A program made the translations under genes and the position numbers. Source: Gekko japonicus (taxonomy: Eukaryota). Taken from it: 64,000 bases of DNA. The notes beneath the pieces were generated by a model. The model had not been told where the DNA came from. It saw only the letters and a program-made list of their open reading frames with translations, and made no database searches. Location: contig NW_015173707.1 in NCBI RefSeq assembly GCF_001447785.1, forward strand, positions 6,110 to 70,109. Direction: 5' to 3'. The stretch's first letter is position 1; each line of letters starts with the position of its first letter. This document shows positions 12,300-24,942 of the stretch, in pieces.

Positions 12300-13630
12300 T
12301 TTGAATGAAGTTTGAGTCCAGTGGCATCTTTAAGACCAACAAAGTTTTATTCAAGGTATAAGCTTTTATGTGCACACACACTCCTTCAGGTACAATGAAA
12401 TGGAAATTAACAGTCTGTACATATAGGTAGAGGGTAAGCAGTAAATTAGCATGCAGCATAATGAAGATATTTAACAGATTCAAGGACCAAACAGGAATAA
12501 TAAGCTTAGTTTATACAGTCGGTTACCATTTGTTTGGGTTTAATTCTGGGGGGAAACATAGTGAAGGAAATGAATAAGTCAAAATTGGAGATTGATGGAC
12601 TGCTGAGAGTAATTAACTGAGAGTAATTAACTGAGTAATTAACTGAGACCCTGCCATTATGCTCCATCCATCTCCTCACAAGCATGGAGGCAACCTTACA
12701 GCATCTTCTTCTTTGAGGTGGGGTGACTGGCTGTGTAGAATTATCTCCCCTGTTCCCAGACCAGACAAATACATTCCAATCTACCATTCCAAATTACGTT
12801 ACATTCACCCCAGTATGTGTAAAAGAGAACTGTCATTATCCAGTAGAGGTTGTAAGTCGCTGATGATGCGTCAAACTGTTTTGAGTTGAGAGCCCTAGTG
12901 ACCACTAGTGGTGTTATATTATTGTCTCTTTGGGGCCTGTCTTGCAACAGGTTTTCTCTGGGTACCATTCTAGCTTTGTTAATCTGTTTCTTGAATTCAT
13001 CAGGTGGACTCTTTAGTTCTGAAAAGGTTTGCTGTAGATCCCTCAGGTGAGAGTCTCTGTCTGTAGGACTGGAGCAGATGCGGCTGTGGTGTAGAGCCTG
13101 GCTGTATACAATGGATCATTTAGTATGTTTAGGGTGGTGGCTGGAGGCATGTAGGTATATTTGTCAGTCAGTAGGTTTCCGGAATAAAGTGGTGTCTATG
13201 CGGTGGCTCAAGTGGTTAAGACGCTGAACTGCAGGCTGTGGAAGGTCGGTAGTTCAGCAGTTCAAGACCCGGGTGCCGCATGACGGAGTGAGCTCCCGTC
13301 TCTAGTTCCAGCTCCTGCCAACCTAGCAGTTCGAAAGCAAGAAATTGCAAGTAGATAAATAGGGACCACTTCAGTGGGAAGGTAACAGCGTTCTGTGCAC
13401 CTTGGTGTTTAGTCATGCCGGCCACATGACCACGGAAACGTCTTCGGACAGCACTGGCTCTTCGCCTTGGAAACGGAGATGAGCACCGCAACCCTAGAGT
13501 CGGATTAGACTGGCTTTTGAGCAAGGGGACCTTTACCTTTACTATGCATCCATTGTGTATTTTTACAGTAGTGTCCAGAAAACGTATTTCTTGCATAAAC
13601 TGGTTCATTGTCAGGTTGATGGTGGGGTTG
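12300..13630 (-). mobile_element. Decayed Penelope-like retroelement fragment, interrupted by a Sauria SINE
   Basis: Minus-strand RT C-terminal remnants (EIRFLDTTVKIHNGCI|DTTLFRKPTD..YLHASSHHPKHTK..IVYSQAL...NKARMVPRENLLQDRP..NITPLVVT). Its terminal region carries a hammerhead-like core at 12355-12394. Confidence 0.75.
13202..13541 (+). mobile_element. Near full-length Sauria SINE with target-site duplication CTATGC
   Basis: tRNA-like head ggtggctcaagtggttaag, body cctgccaacctagcagttcgaaagc, (ACCTTT)n tail. CTATGC lies at 13196-13201 and 13542-13547. Confidence 0.9.
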
Positions 13631-13739
13631 AAAACATCTCAATTTCTCGAACTTCAGCCTGCCATGTTTTTAAATGCACACAAACCTTGCCGGGGAAGAA
13701 GAAATTATCCTGATCAGGCTTCTTTTTTTCTTTGTAGAG

Positions 13740-14620
13740 TGCAGGGTACGCTTATGTCAACGCGCTGCCGAAACCTTTAAGGTTGCCTGTTTTGCTCTGG
13801 CTTCTACATCGAGCCTTGTTTATTTCCACCCACTTTTTACCACCACCACCCCGCGCATGGAAGCGCAGATCCGCAAAGCATCTAGAGATCTGGTTTTGAC
13901 TGTAGCTCTATGGACTGGTCAAAGCACCCGGATGTGAAGCGGCGTTTTAGTCGCTTCCGTCTTTGCTCGTCTCTGCGATGAGGCGCCGGCCGGGTGACAT
14001 GAGGAACCTGCGCGACTGACTCGGAGGCAACGGCGAGGGCCGCGCGCCGAAGTGATTTCGTTCCCACTCGCCCTGCCTGGTGCGGAAGCGGCTCGTGCTG
14101 TCAGAGGCTCGGTTTGCGGAGCCCCCCTTTCATAGAGGTAAATGCCAGTTGTGCAGCTTTCCTTCCTCCTGCGGACGGGAGCGGAAACAAACAAAAAAGT
14201 GCAAGAAATACCGCGGCTTGGCCTTTCCCCCTCGGCTTCTGTTCCCTCCCGGAACGGCTCGGCCTTCGGGACCCGGAGGGGGCAGGGTCCTCGATTCGAG
14301 GGTAGCGAAGTTGGCTTTGTTGAACGTGGGCAAGGAGATGGGGTTGGGTCGGCAGCCTGCCCACCTCTCCCCGTCCTACATTCCCTCAGTCTCCGCCGGT
14401 TCCTTCTCCCTGCCTCGCCGCCCTTCTTTTCCCAAAGTCCCGGCCTTGTTTTGTGGCGTCTGAAACGGAGGTGTGGTGTGAGGTAGTTTGATGTTGGGGG
14501 GCCTGATCCGATGAGTGGAATAGCCGCCTTTGTACGCATTGCTGCCCTGTCTTGCGGGAAGACCCCACACTTTATACGGAATTGCTCTGCGCGAACACTA
14601 ATACTCGATGCAGAATGTAA
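13740..14620 (+). promoter_or_regulatory. ESCO1: CpG island, ESCO1 promoter and probable non-coding first exon (candidate donor GAG|gtaaat at 14137/14138)
   Basis: High GC and CpG density about 2 kb upstream of the first coding exon, with several ETS-type cores (ccggatgt, cttccg, gcggaagc). The exon boundary is inferred. Confidence 0.75.
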
Positions 14621-16284
14621 ATTTTGGGTACAGCCATCTGTAGACACCCCAGGTTCAAGTGACTGAGCCAAAGCCCTTGGCGTACGTGTGCAAGTGTTCA
14701 AAAATGTGTGCATGTGCCCTGCAGACAGGGTTCTCAGGTATATTTTAAAGATGCGTGTGCTGCCCTGCTTTGAAGTAAATTGGGATGTCTATGCAGCCAC
14801 TGAGGTTGTAAAGTATGGAGCTGCCCACTAGAGTTGTTTCACTCGCTATGCAGTAGCAAGCCTGGGCGTGCGACTGAGTGGCCATGAATCTGGGAGCCGC
14901 AGCCAATTCTAGCTTTATGACAAGTATCAGGCATGAGTTTTTGAGGCACACTTTTAAAATCTTGAGTATATATCTGAAACAGTAGAAAATAGTTAAGGAA
15001 AGCCATTTTCTCAGTGCGTATGGTATTTTGTGGATAAGTATGATCTATGTATTGCATGCTAATAATTTCTTATAGGTCGAATAGTGGCTAGAATATTAGA
15101 GTAGAACCATACCCCCACTTAATCATGAGACTCACTGGGTGATCTTGACCCAGTCACTTACCACTGTGACATCACTGTGTTGTCATAAGAATAAAATGGA
15201 GGGAGCCCACACCGAGCTTCTTTGAAGACCGATGGAATAAAATTGTAATAAAGTAAACAAAACAATTCCTGCATGATGCACTTAGTCTTTGAATGGTCAT
15301 AGGTTTGTGATGTACAAGCCTGGCCTTGTCTACAGGGCCTCGCAAGTATGAAAACCAGGTATTGTCAGAGGCTAAGGAATTTTCTTATGTCAATTAGAAG
15401 GTTAAAATTCTATTTGCTGTTGCTGTAGCAAGGATCAAACTGATTGTACCAAAACAATATTTCTTCTTTTCTCATGTTATTACACATCAAACTCCTCTTT
15501 TCCAGTTGCCAAGTGTTGACAGCTAAGATCAGGTACCTTGTACTTGTCACAAGTACCCAAATTATGTAAATTCGTCCATATCTTTCTTTATTGCACAATT
15601 TATTTGACTTTTCTTAGTCCAGGGAAGAGGCAAGGAGTTATGCAGAGTACTGAAATACTGCTCCCTTGGAAGTGGGAATACTACTCCTTCATTCTGGCTT
15701 CTGAAATTTTATTAGGCAAGTTTATCTTTGCATTTGAAATAAAACAAAAACAACATCTTAGATTATCAGGCTGTGGAATTCTGACCCATTACCAAATTGT
15801 TCACTGTTTTGGAATATGCACCTACATAATCATTCTGTTTAGTATTATGTGACTTGCAAAAGATTCTCTGCTTTTCATAGAAATTGAAGACTCATGCAAA
15901 CCTCAATGTATTTCCTTGGAAGTAAATTCCATTGATTGTAGCAATATGTAGGATGCAGTAAGTTTAGATTAAGTTGAAATGGTAGGAGTAAATATATATG
16001 CAATTGAGTAGGTGAAATAGGGACCTCTGTAAAACAAAGTCATTTCTAGTCTTTTTAGTTTGTTTGTTTTGTTTTTTTGTGTTGCCTTTAGGAGATATAT
16101 ACTACTCTCTTTGGATGGAAATTGATAAGGAATGTCTTTGACACAGAATATTTTTCTTCTGTTGAGACTTTCACTTATAACACGGTACCTGTAAGTAAGC
16201 CAGGTCATCATGTTAAACTTTATATTTTGGTAATCTGATAAGAGTCATGACTGGAGAAGTAACTTAATGTTTGTGTTTTCAGAA

Positions 16285-18324
16285 ATGGCAGCACAGAAAA
16301 GAAAATCTCTGCTAGTAGAACCCCCTGCTAAACAGAGGAAGCTGGATAAGAGTAGCAAATTGGTCGCACCTAACAAAGAAAGAAAGTTGCTTGATGCCAA
16401 ACATGTATCAAATAAAAAGGAAACATTAAGGAAAGAAGTGAACAAAATCTCTACCAAAACAAACAGATCAACTACAAATAAAACCATTAAGAGGTCATCT
16501 ATTCAGTCTGTATGCTCCAGACAAACTCAGAAATGCTCCAAACTGGCTTCAGATGAATTAACAAAAAAACCCTGTAAAACACTATGTGTAAAAAGAATAT
16601 CCTTAAAGTCTTCAGCTAGATCTACAAAAACATCTGTGAAATCTTCCAAAATAAATCATGCTAGCTATTTGGGCTCCAGAAAAACTTCCTCTAAGACACG
16701 TTCTGGAGGGAAAGGAAAACCCATTGCCATTACAAGTAAGACCTCCGTAGAAAGCAGGAGGCAACAACTGAAGTCATCTATAGGTGTTAAAAAACGTTCT
16801 ACTGAACTTCGTTGTAATAGGCGCTCAGCATCGCATGCCGCAACTTCTCATAAGAATCTGAATTCCCAAACAAAATTGGCAAAGGAAAATTCCAAGAATG
16901 ATAAAACTACTAAAACTGGTAAACTTCTGAAAAGTAGCAATGCTAACTTAGAGATTCATAAAAATACTTTTACAAAAAACTCTGATTCACAGAGCACTGT
17001 AAGGACACGGGCTAAAACTAGACATGACAAAAAAACTTGCAAATCTGACCACAGACTGCAGAGAACTACAAGGTCAACAGTTAGTAAATCTAATGAAAAT
17101 TCTGTCAAAATTAAGAAAGAAGAGTTATCGAATTCCAGAAAAACAAAAGAAGCATCACTGGAAGCAGTACAAGACCTTCCTGACTTATGGCGGTCTGTTG
17201 CACGTGATGAACATCTAACTAGAAGATCATTGAGATTGCAGCAATTATCTGATGTGCCTAAAATAGCCTTACGTAGCAGAAAAATTAAAGAAGGAAACTC
17301 CTCAGCAAAGAAGCAGCATTCCCAAATGAAAAAACAGATTTCACATATTAAAAATGAACAGCGGAAGTCTGTAAAACAGAACATGGAACAAAAGCCTGTG
17401 AAAAACGATGAATGTAAAAATAAAAGGAAAGAAAATTTTAATTTAGAGAAAATGAGTTCTTTGAAAGAAAAACATCATGAAGTGGATCCTAAACTTACTG
17501 ACTTGATTACTTCTCAAGATAAACTTGGAGAATCAAAAAGTAATCTTGACAGCAATCTTCAAGAATCTGTGACTGAACATGTCAGTACAATTTCCTGCTC
17601 TGTGAAATCAGCTGGCAGTATAATAAACAAGGAAAAAGAGTCAGTGCACAAAAATGGAAAGATCAGTGTAAAAACAAAGAAAACTTTGCCAGCATCTTTG
17701 AGTTCAAAACCCGCTCATCAATCAGATGATGTGATGAAATCTAGAAAGATTAGTATTCTTGAGCTGTGTGAAGAAATTGCAGGTGAGATTGAATCAGACA
17801 CAGTGGAAGTAAAAAGAGATTCTGAGCATGGAAAAGAAGGAGAAAAAGATTCAGTAGTGGAGTTGGCACAGACTGCAATTCTTCCTGATGAGGAAACTAA
17901 TCAGAACTTTCAGTGCAAGCGTTTTTTCCCAAGCAGAAAAGGAATGTCCGTGAAATGCATTGTGAATGGCAGACATAGCACAACAAACAAAAACTCTAAG
18001 TGGACCAAAATAAAATTGACAAAGTCTAATCATGTGAACCAAAGTGTCCCAAATTCCCTATGTACTCCGAAGCGTGATTTGTTAAACTGCAATGTTCTAG
18101 AGGGTGGGAAAGAAACAGCTCTAGAAATGCAACTACCGGGAGTTCAAAAGAAACTGATACAATCATACCAAGGTAGTAACTCATCATATGAGCAGAAGCA
18201 TGCAGTTGGTTTTGAAGGGCTCCAAGCTAAAGAGACGATGCCATGCCCTGGACAGATCACTATGCAGGCAACCAAAAATGGTGTACTGGAGGCAAAGCAA
18301 ATGCCAGAGCCAATTCCAGAGGAG
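16285..18324 (+). CDS. ESCO1: ESCO1 first coding exon (680 aa, Lys/Ser-rich N-terminus)
   Basis: ttttcag|aaATG GCA GCA CAG (acceptor AG at 16281-16282) to GAG GAG|gtaatc. Contains the ESCO1 motifs RRSLRLQQL, SILELCEEIAGEIESD, QCKRFFPSRK and KNSKWTKIKL. Confidence 0.95.
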
Positions 18325-18519
18325 GTAATCAATTTTAATACGGTTATATGGTGATGACATATATTTGTTATATTCTATATGAGATTAGGCTCAATAGTAA
18401 TATTCAGTGAGACATTTTAAACAGTCATTGTAGTGTAATCTGTTTAAAATGAAGTATTCTCTAATACTGTTGTATAGTTCTGTAATTACTGAATTCCCAA
18501 TAGTTGCAATCATGAGCAT

Positions 18520-19781
18520 TATGGTTCCTCATCAAAGGCTCCTAAATAAGCTCAATAGTCATGGGATAAAAGAACAAGTCCTCTCGTGGATCAAAAACTG
18601 GCTAATTAATAGGAAACAGAGAGTGAGTATAAATGGGCAATTTTCACAGTGGAGAGTGGTAAACAGTGGGGTACCACAGGGCTCAGTACTGGGTCCAATG
18701 CTTTTTAACTTGATCATTAATGATTTGGATTTGGGAGTAAGTAGTGAAGTGGCTAAATTTGTGAATGACATGAAGTTGTTCAGGGTGGTGAAAACCAGGG
18801 AGGATTGTGAGGTACACCAAAGGGATCTGTCGAGGATGGGCGAGTGGGCATCAACGTGGCAAATGGGGCTCAATGTGGCCAAGTGCAAAGTGATGCACTT
18901 TGGGGCCAAAAATCCTAACTATAAATACACGTTGATGGGGTCCAAACTGGCAGAGACTGACCAAGAGAGAGATCTTGGAGTCATAGTAGATGAGTCAGGC
19001 AGACACTGAAAATGTCGAAACAATGTGCGACTGCAATAAAAAAGGCCAACGCTATGCTGGGGATTATTAGGAAGGGAATTGAAAACAAATCAGCCAGTAT
19101 CATAATGCCCCTGCATAAATCGATGGTGCAACCTCATTTGGAATACTGTGTGCTATTCTGGTCACCACACCTCAGAAAGGATATTATAGCATTGGAAAAA
19201 GTGAAGAAAAGGGCAACTAGAACGATAAAAGGGTTGGAGCACTTTCCCTATGAAGAAATGTTAAAGCGCTTCAGGTTCTTTAGTTTGGAGAAATGATGAC
19301 TGAGGGGTGACATGATAGAGGTTTACAAGATTATGCATGGGGTAGAGCAGGTTGAGAAAGAAGTACTTTTCTCCCTTTCTCACAATACAAGGACTCATGG
19401 GCATGCAGTGAAATTGCTAAGCAGTTAGCTTAGAACAGATAAAAAGAAGTACTTCTTCACCCAAAGAGTGATTAACAATTGGAATTCACTGCCACAGGAG
19501 GTGGTAGCAGCTACAAGCATGGACAGCTTCAAGAGGGAATTGGATAAACATATGGAGCAGAGGTCCATCAGTGGCTATTAGTCACAAGGTATAGATAGGA
19601 ACTCTCAGTCTGGGGCAAGTGATGCTCTGTATTCTAAGTGTGTGTGTGGGGGCCTCTAGTGTCCTGGCCCCACTGGTGGACCTCCTGATGGCACCTGGTA
19701 TTTTTGGTGACTGTTTGACAGAGTGTTGGACTGGATGCGCCATTGGCCTGATCCAGCATTGGCTTCTTTTAATGTTCTTAT
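18520..19781 (+). mobile_element. CR1 LINE, 5'-truncated and decayed (RT domain plus 3' UTR)
   Basis: ORFs read SGVPQGSVLGPMLFNLIINDLD...AKFVNDMKLF (FADD motif mutated) and LEYCVLFWSPHLRKDI, with stops and frameshifts. The element ends in a ttcttatg tail. Confidence 0.93.
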
Positions 19782-20359
19782 GGTACCCACTAGTGGGTTT
19801 CCTGGCACCCATTTGTGTCTTTTCCCAAAGAATCTCTCCCATAAAGCAGAGCAGGAGATGCTTCAAAGGAATCCAGGAGGTATCACCTTTATACTTGCAG
19901 GGGGCACCGATTCAAAAACAGCTGCCCCATTTTATGGGGATGCTTGGCTTTTTGTAATTGGCCCCCCTGTGGCAGCCATTTTGTGATGGCATCCATTCTT
20001 TTTTCCAAAAATTCTGAAAACACCCACAGGGTCAACAAAACTGGAAACTCCTAGTCTACAGCATACCACAACCTAATTGCATTTTAATGTCAGTGTAAAC
20101 AATTTACAGGGCAGAACCACAATGCAGTTAATTACAGAAACGTTTCTGAAATGTGTATTGCCACTTGATTCTTCAAGCTGTGTTCTGTAATTCAGTCTTA
20201 CGGAAATGACCTCTGTATTCAGCATAGAGTAGGAAATCGTAGGAATAGTTAACCTGAACCATTGTTTTTAGAGCATTGTACTCTACCTGGCAATATTTGG
20301 TTGATTGTCATATAGTGTAACAATTTAACTACAATTATATATTTTAACACTTTGTGTAG

Positions 20360-20483
20360 AGCTTTAACTTACACTTGGACACAAGTCCAGAAAGTACACC
20401 AGTGAAAATCACCACCAACAGTGAAGCTGCACCACCGCTAGCAAAACAAGCAAAACAAGATACTGTAGAAAACAGACCTCAAG
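20360..20483 (+). CDS. ESCO1: ESCO1 coding exon 2
   Basis: gtgtag|AGC TTT AAC...CAA G|gtatgt, 124 nt, SFNLHLDTSPESTPVK...AKQDTVENRPQ, phase-consistent with its neighbours. Confidence 0.88.
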
Positions 20484-21589
20484 GTATGTGTTAAAATGCA
20501 AGTTCACATATTTTCAGAATGTGATAACTTCTATGGGAAGGTTATGGTGGCTGAATTCTATGTATGAAAGAAGGAAGTTCTGTTCCATTGCAGGGGAAGT
20601 GTGACAGTTACTTACTTTACTTTATGTATACCCCAGGTTTCTTCTCAGTGACGAATTAATGTGACACATAACATTCTCCACTTCATCCTCACAACAACCC
20701 TATGAGATAGGTTAGGTTGCATGTCACTGGCCCAAGGTCACTCAGGAAGTTTCTATGGTAGAGTGATGGCTCAAACCTGGGTCTTTCGGATCCCAGTCTG
20801 ACACTCTGACCATTACAACCACACTGGTTTAGAGGATCACTTAAATTGAATCACCATAATTAAAACTGAAAAACCAACCGTCTGCAAATCAATTACTTCT
20901 TGAAATTTCATATTTAATCTCAGTGGTACCATCAGGAAATAGTTTGCAGACAATTTACAGGTAAATAATATTAAATTTGGCAATTAGTTTATATTACAAA
21001 TTTATCCATGCTTTGTAGTTGCAACTGTAGAACCATAAACTTGGAAGGGTACAGTGGAACATCAGATCAAACCTTTTGCCTTAACAGGATAATCTCTGCT
21101 TAATCCATCCCAGACAGATGCCTGAGTAGTCTTTTTTGCAAATCTCCAAGTGAGGACACTTAACAGTTTTTCTAAATGCCCTAATTCATTGCTGAGATGC
21201 TCTTATATTTGGAAAGTATATTCCCTCATTTAATTCAATATACCTTTTTACGTAGTTTAAATATTGCCTGCCTCAGTCAATAAAATTAATGCTTCTTTCT
21301 GAAACCTTTGAAAACCACTCGTGTATTTTATATTGCCTTAATCTAGGACGTGTGTACACCAGCACATGATCCATCAAGGCAAACCACAAAACCCAGGCAG
21401 AGGTGGATAACCCTTTGGTGGTAAAAACAGGAATTATTGAGCCCCATGAGTAACATAACAAGCTATGTCTAGTTTAGTGCGTCGTAGATTGTAGAGGTCT
21501 CCTCTAGGAAATATACCAGGCTCTTTTTCCCATGGATATGCCTTTGGACATTTGTAGCTATCTTCAGTTGTTGAGTTTTACGGCCTGGA

Positions 21590-21880
21590 GCTGCTGTAGT
21601 TTTCCAAATAAGAGTTTCGGCTGTGTTCTGTAGGGCAATACTGCTTTCCAACTGACCTCAGATGGGACTCAGGAGCATATTCCATCAGGCCAGGGCCAGG
21701 GCAGAAAAAGCCCTGGCCCTGGTTGAGGCTAAGTGGACGTCCCTTGGGCCAGGGACAACCAGCAGGTCTTGATTGGCAGAGCGCAAGGCTCTCTGGGGCA
21801 CATATGGGGAGAGGTGGTCCCTCAGGTATGTTGGTCCCAGGCTGTGGAGGGCTTTAAAGGTCATAAATACATAACTTGAT
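21590..21880 (-). mobile_element. Old L2-like LINE fragment
   Basis: ccagggcagaaaaagccctggccctggttgagg...ggtcccaggctgtggagggctttaaaggtca is typical of reverse-oriented squamate L2 ORF2 remnants. Confidence 0.5.
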
Positions 21881-23722
21881 ATGATCCCATCCCTTGTTTA
21901 AGAAATGAGGAAGAAACTGCTGACTAATGCTCTCAGGATTCTTGGTTGAAAATCCTCCAGACGGAAACACTGAATTTTTTAGTAGAAGCTAAAATGAATT
22001 TGAAGATCATTCAGAGACAGTACAACCTGGCTTACTTTAGGAATTGTTACTCTTGATTCTTGGATTATTTTACAGTTACATTTATGATTTATTTTGTTCT
22101 TTCTTATACATATTTTAAATAAGTGACTTTAAAATTTTAGCCCGTTAGCAAAGCTTGTGGCTGTTAATAAGGGTTAAAAAACAAGATAAAAAATTAAAAG
22201 TTCATAATACTAACATTAGAATATAACCAATTCCTAAAGCAACTCCATTTCCCTTCACCAACAGTTTAATTTATTTACAGCCCACCTTTCTCACTGTGAT
22301 TCATGGTGGGTTACATGGTGTAAAACAAGGTAATCAAATAGCACAAGAGATCTAATAACCAATGCAGTAGGACTGGGATTGCAAATAGAAACAATGCAAA
22401 AAGTATCAGACATGATATGTCAAACAATGCAAAAATTGGGATTACAACTGTAGAAAACAATGTAGTAAGAGCTGGCTAACAGGTACAACAAATGGATAAT
22501 ATATGGCATACACAATTGCGTAGACTACAGTCCTGTTCTCCTTTATAAAGAGGCTTCCTTAGCACCATTCTATTAAACTGTTGCCCTGTTAGCTTTATTA
22601 AAAACACCCTCCTGAACCTGTTTGAATACTCAACATACAGAAGTTATAAATCAGTAACAGGACTGCTGTTTTTAAGAATTCAAATCCACTAGTCCAGTAT
22701 CAACAGAATGCTGTCTTTGCAAAAGGCAAGAAGGGAATCTGGTAGATCCCAGAAGGATATTTCATAATAATGGAATGGAAATTAGGTAAAAACCCACAGA
22801 TTTTTAGTCCAGGCCAATCAGACCAACTGAGATGAAGGAACAGCTAAAAGATATTATCAGACAGATATAAGAGGATGCATGGGTTTGTACCAGATGTACA
22901 AGTTGTATTAAAACTGTATCTACAAAGGTGGAGTTACATAGTGTTGGATTTTGCCAGAATTTCTGCTGGACAGTATTGTTGGATTCTTCTGTTTACTACA
23001 TCCTCCATGACTTTTTCTCCTTGAGGGTCTTACAGCCCCCACAAAAGTGCATTCTGGCCTCAGAATGCTCCTTCCTACCTCTCATGTCAGCTGAAAAGCT
23101 TGCAGGATCCAACAATGGAAGCTGAGTTTGCTTCAGGTGTTTAAAGGATACTTCAAGTAAATATTCTGTTATTTGTCTTCAAACTTACAGATAGTAAAAC
23201 AGTCTGAGGGAAGCTTAGCCAATTATTATATGCTGTAGACCCAGTCATATTAGAGCTTGCTATAGGAGCTCCCCAGTCATCAGAATCTAAGCGCGGTAGC
23301 GTACATCAAAAAATTATATAAGAATTAGCATTTTGAGATATGGCTTGCAGCACTTTATTTTAATGAAGAAATAATTACAGAATGACAAACCTGAAGGACA
23401 CGCAAACGGATTGTGTACTAGAACTCCGTCATTTGTCTGTAACTAGTACCGTATTACTCTGTATGTACTGCTAAGCTTTATATCGCATATTGTAGTGTTA
23501 TTGTTGTAATTTTGTTAATAATTGAATTCTAAACATTGCCTATAAAAACCAACAAATATTGTTTAATTGTACACAGTGATTTACTGTTTTACTAGCTATT
23601 ATACACCGTGGTCCTGTTTGTTGTAATATATCCTTCAAACTTACAGAGCCTGCTATTTATTTTATGTACTTGAATTAAGAGTATCAAGGCAGTAATAACA
23701 TAACCTATTGATTAATTTGTAG

Positions 23723-23789
23723 TTCCTGCTCCTAAACAGTTGGTTCGGACTCTGTTCACAAACAAATCCTCAGAGGCGGCTGAGAGCAG
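23723..23789 (+). CDS. ESCO1: ESCO1 coding exon 3
   Basis: ttgtag|TT CCT GCT CCT AAA CAG...AGC AG|gtatag, 67 nt, phase 1 to phase 2. Confidence 0.85.
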
Positions 23790-24194
23790 GTATAGTATTT
23801 TTGGGGTTGGGATGCATGGTCTTGGTTTCCCATTTAGTTCTTTAAATTAATGGCTTTAAAATATATACACACCTTTCTTACCGCAGTCAGTGGAACTCAA
23901 AGCCTGTTTCGACCTTTTTTGTTTTAGGAATTCTTAAATAAAGGAAGACGATTTACCAGTAAATGCAAGAACAGTACTTGCTCCCTTCGCATTCTCACTT
24001 TAATGTTAGAAGTTGAAATGAAATGTTTGCAGGCTGACTTGTCAGGCAGAAACGTATCTTGTCTCCCCTGATTGAAACCCCACGTATCCCTTGAAGGGGT
24101 AGACCTCTGCCAAGACTTGAGCTTTTTCTGTATTGGTAGCTTTGCCATTCCTGTGAAGAGGCCAAGAGAGGGGGTGCATGCGCTATTGTGTGGT

Positions 24195-24415
24195 GGTGGA
24201 AAGTGCCGGTCAAGTTGCAGCTGACTTATGGTGACCCTGTAGGGTTTTCAAGGCAAGAGACAATCAGAGGTGGTTTGCCCTTGCCCGTGCTCTGCGTGGC
24301 TGCACTGCCCTTCCTTCATGGTCTCCCCTCCAAACCGTGACCAAGGGCTGGCCCTGCTTAGCTTCCAAGATCTGACAAGGCTGGGCTGGCCTGGGGGCCA
24401 TCCAGGTCAGGGCCA
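24195..24415 (-). mobile_element. 5S rRNA-derived SINE
   Basis: The reverse complement contains ccctgacctggatggccc..cagatcttggaagctaagcagggccagccc, the same family as the copy at 37862. Confidence 0.75.
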
Positions 24416-24942
24416 GACACAATAAAAACCTGATCTGGTTTTCCTGGAGGCAGTTGTTATTCACTACAGATGCCATCCTAGTCTGCCAAATGAATGTAAT
24501 ATATAAATATTGGCTCTTGCAAGTCATGCTTGCTTTTTAATATAGTTAAAGAGTTTTAGACATAGTTATTGGTGCATTGAAATTGGTTCCAGCTATTTTG
24601 ATTTCATTATTTATTGATGTTATTTATAGTCTGCCTTTCTCACTGAGCCTCAAGGCGGATTACACTATGTAAAGTTATGCCGTCAACAGGATGGGACATA
24701 AGCACTGTAATAGTATTAGAATTTCAGAAATCTGAAACAAAGCCTAAGTATCAACATGACTAACAATGCAGAAATTTCAGAGTTGGATAATGAATACAGC
24801 AAGAGATATACTGTGTATCTGTTACACAGTAGTACGGTCCACAGTCCCTTTCCATTCATGTTTTATATTGCAAGGTAAACATTTGTGAAGAACAGTTATA
24901 ATACTGAAATATGAATCCCATGCAATGTTTTTATATTTAAAG

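Noticed and set aside
13990-14015. Minus-strand cgcag|G TTC CTC ATG resembling the start of SNRPD1 exon 2 (RFLM)
   Set aside because: It continues SPGRRLIAE rather than [10 protein letters not shown]; a four-residue match is compatible with chance.
13919-14713. 264-aa and other overlapping ORFs in the CpG island
   Set aside because: They are Pro/Arg/Ala-rich with no recognisable domain, the expected by-product of stop-poor GC-rich DNA at the ESCO1 promoter.
15505-15640. Candidate small non-coding ESCO1 5' UTR exons
   Set aside because: AG and GT sites exist, but the donors are weak and boundaries cannot be fixed without transcript data.
16267-16284. ORF-track start MFVFSE and end VINFNTVIW for the 695-aa ORF
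   Set aside because: Both are intronic read-through beyond the acceptor at 16282 and the donor at 18325.
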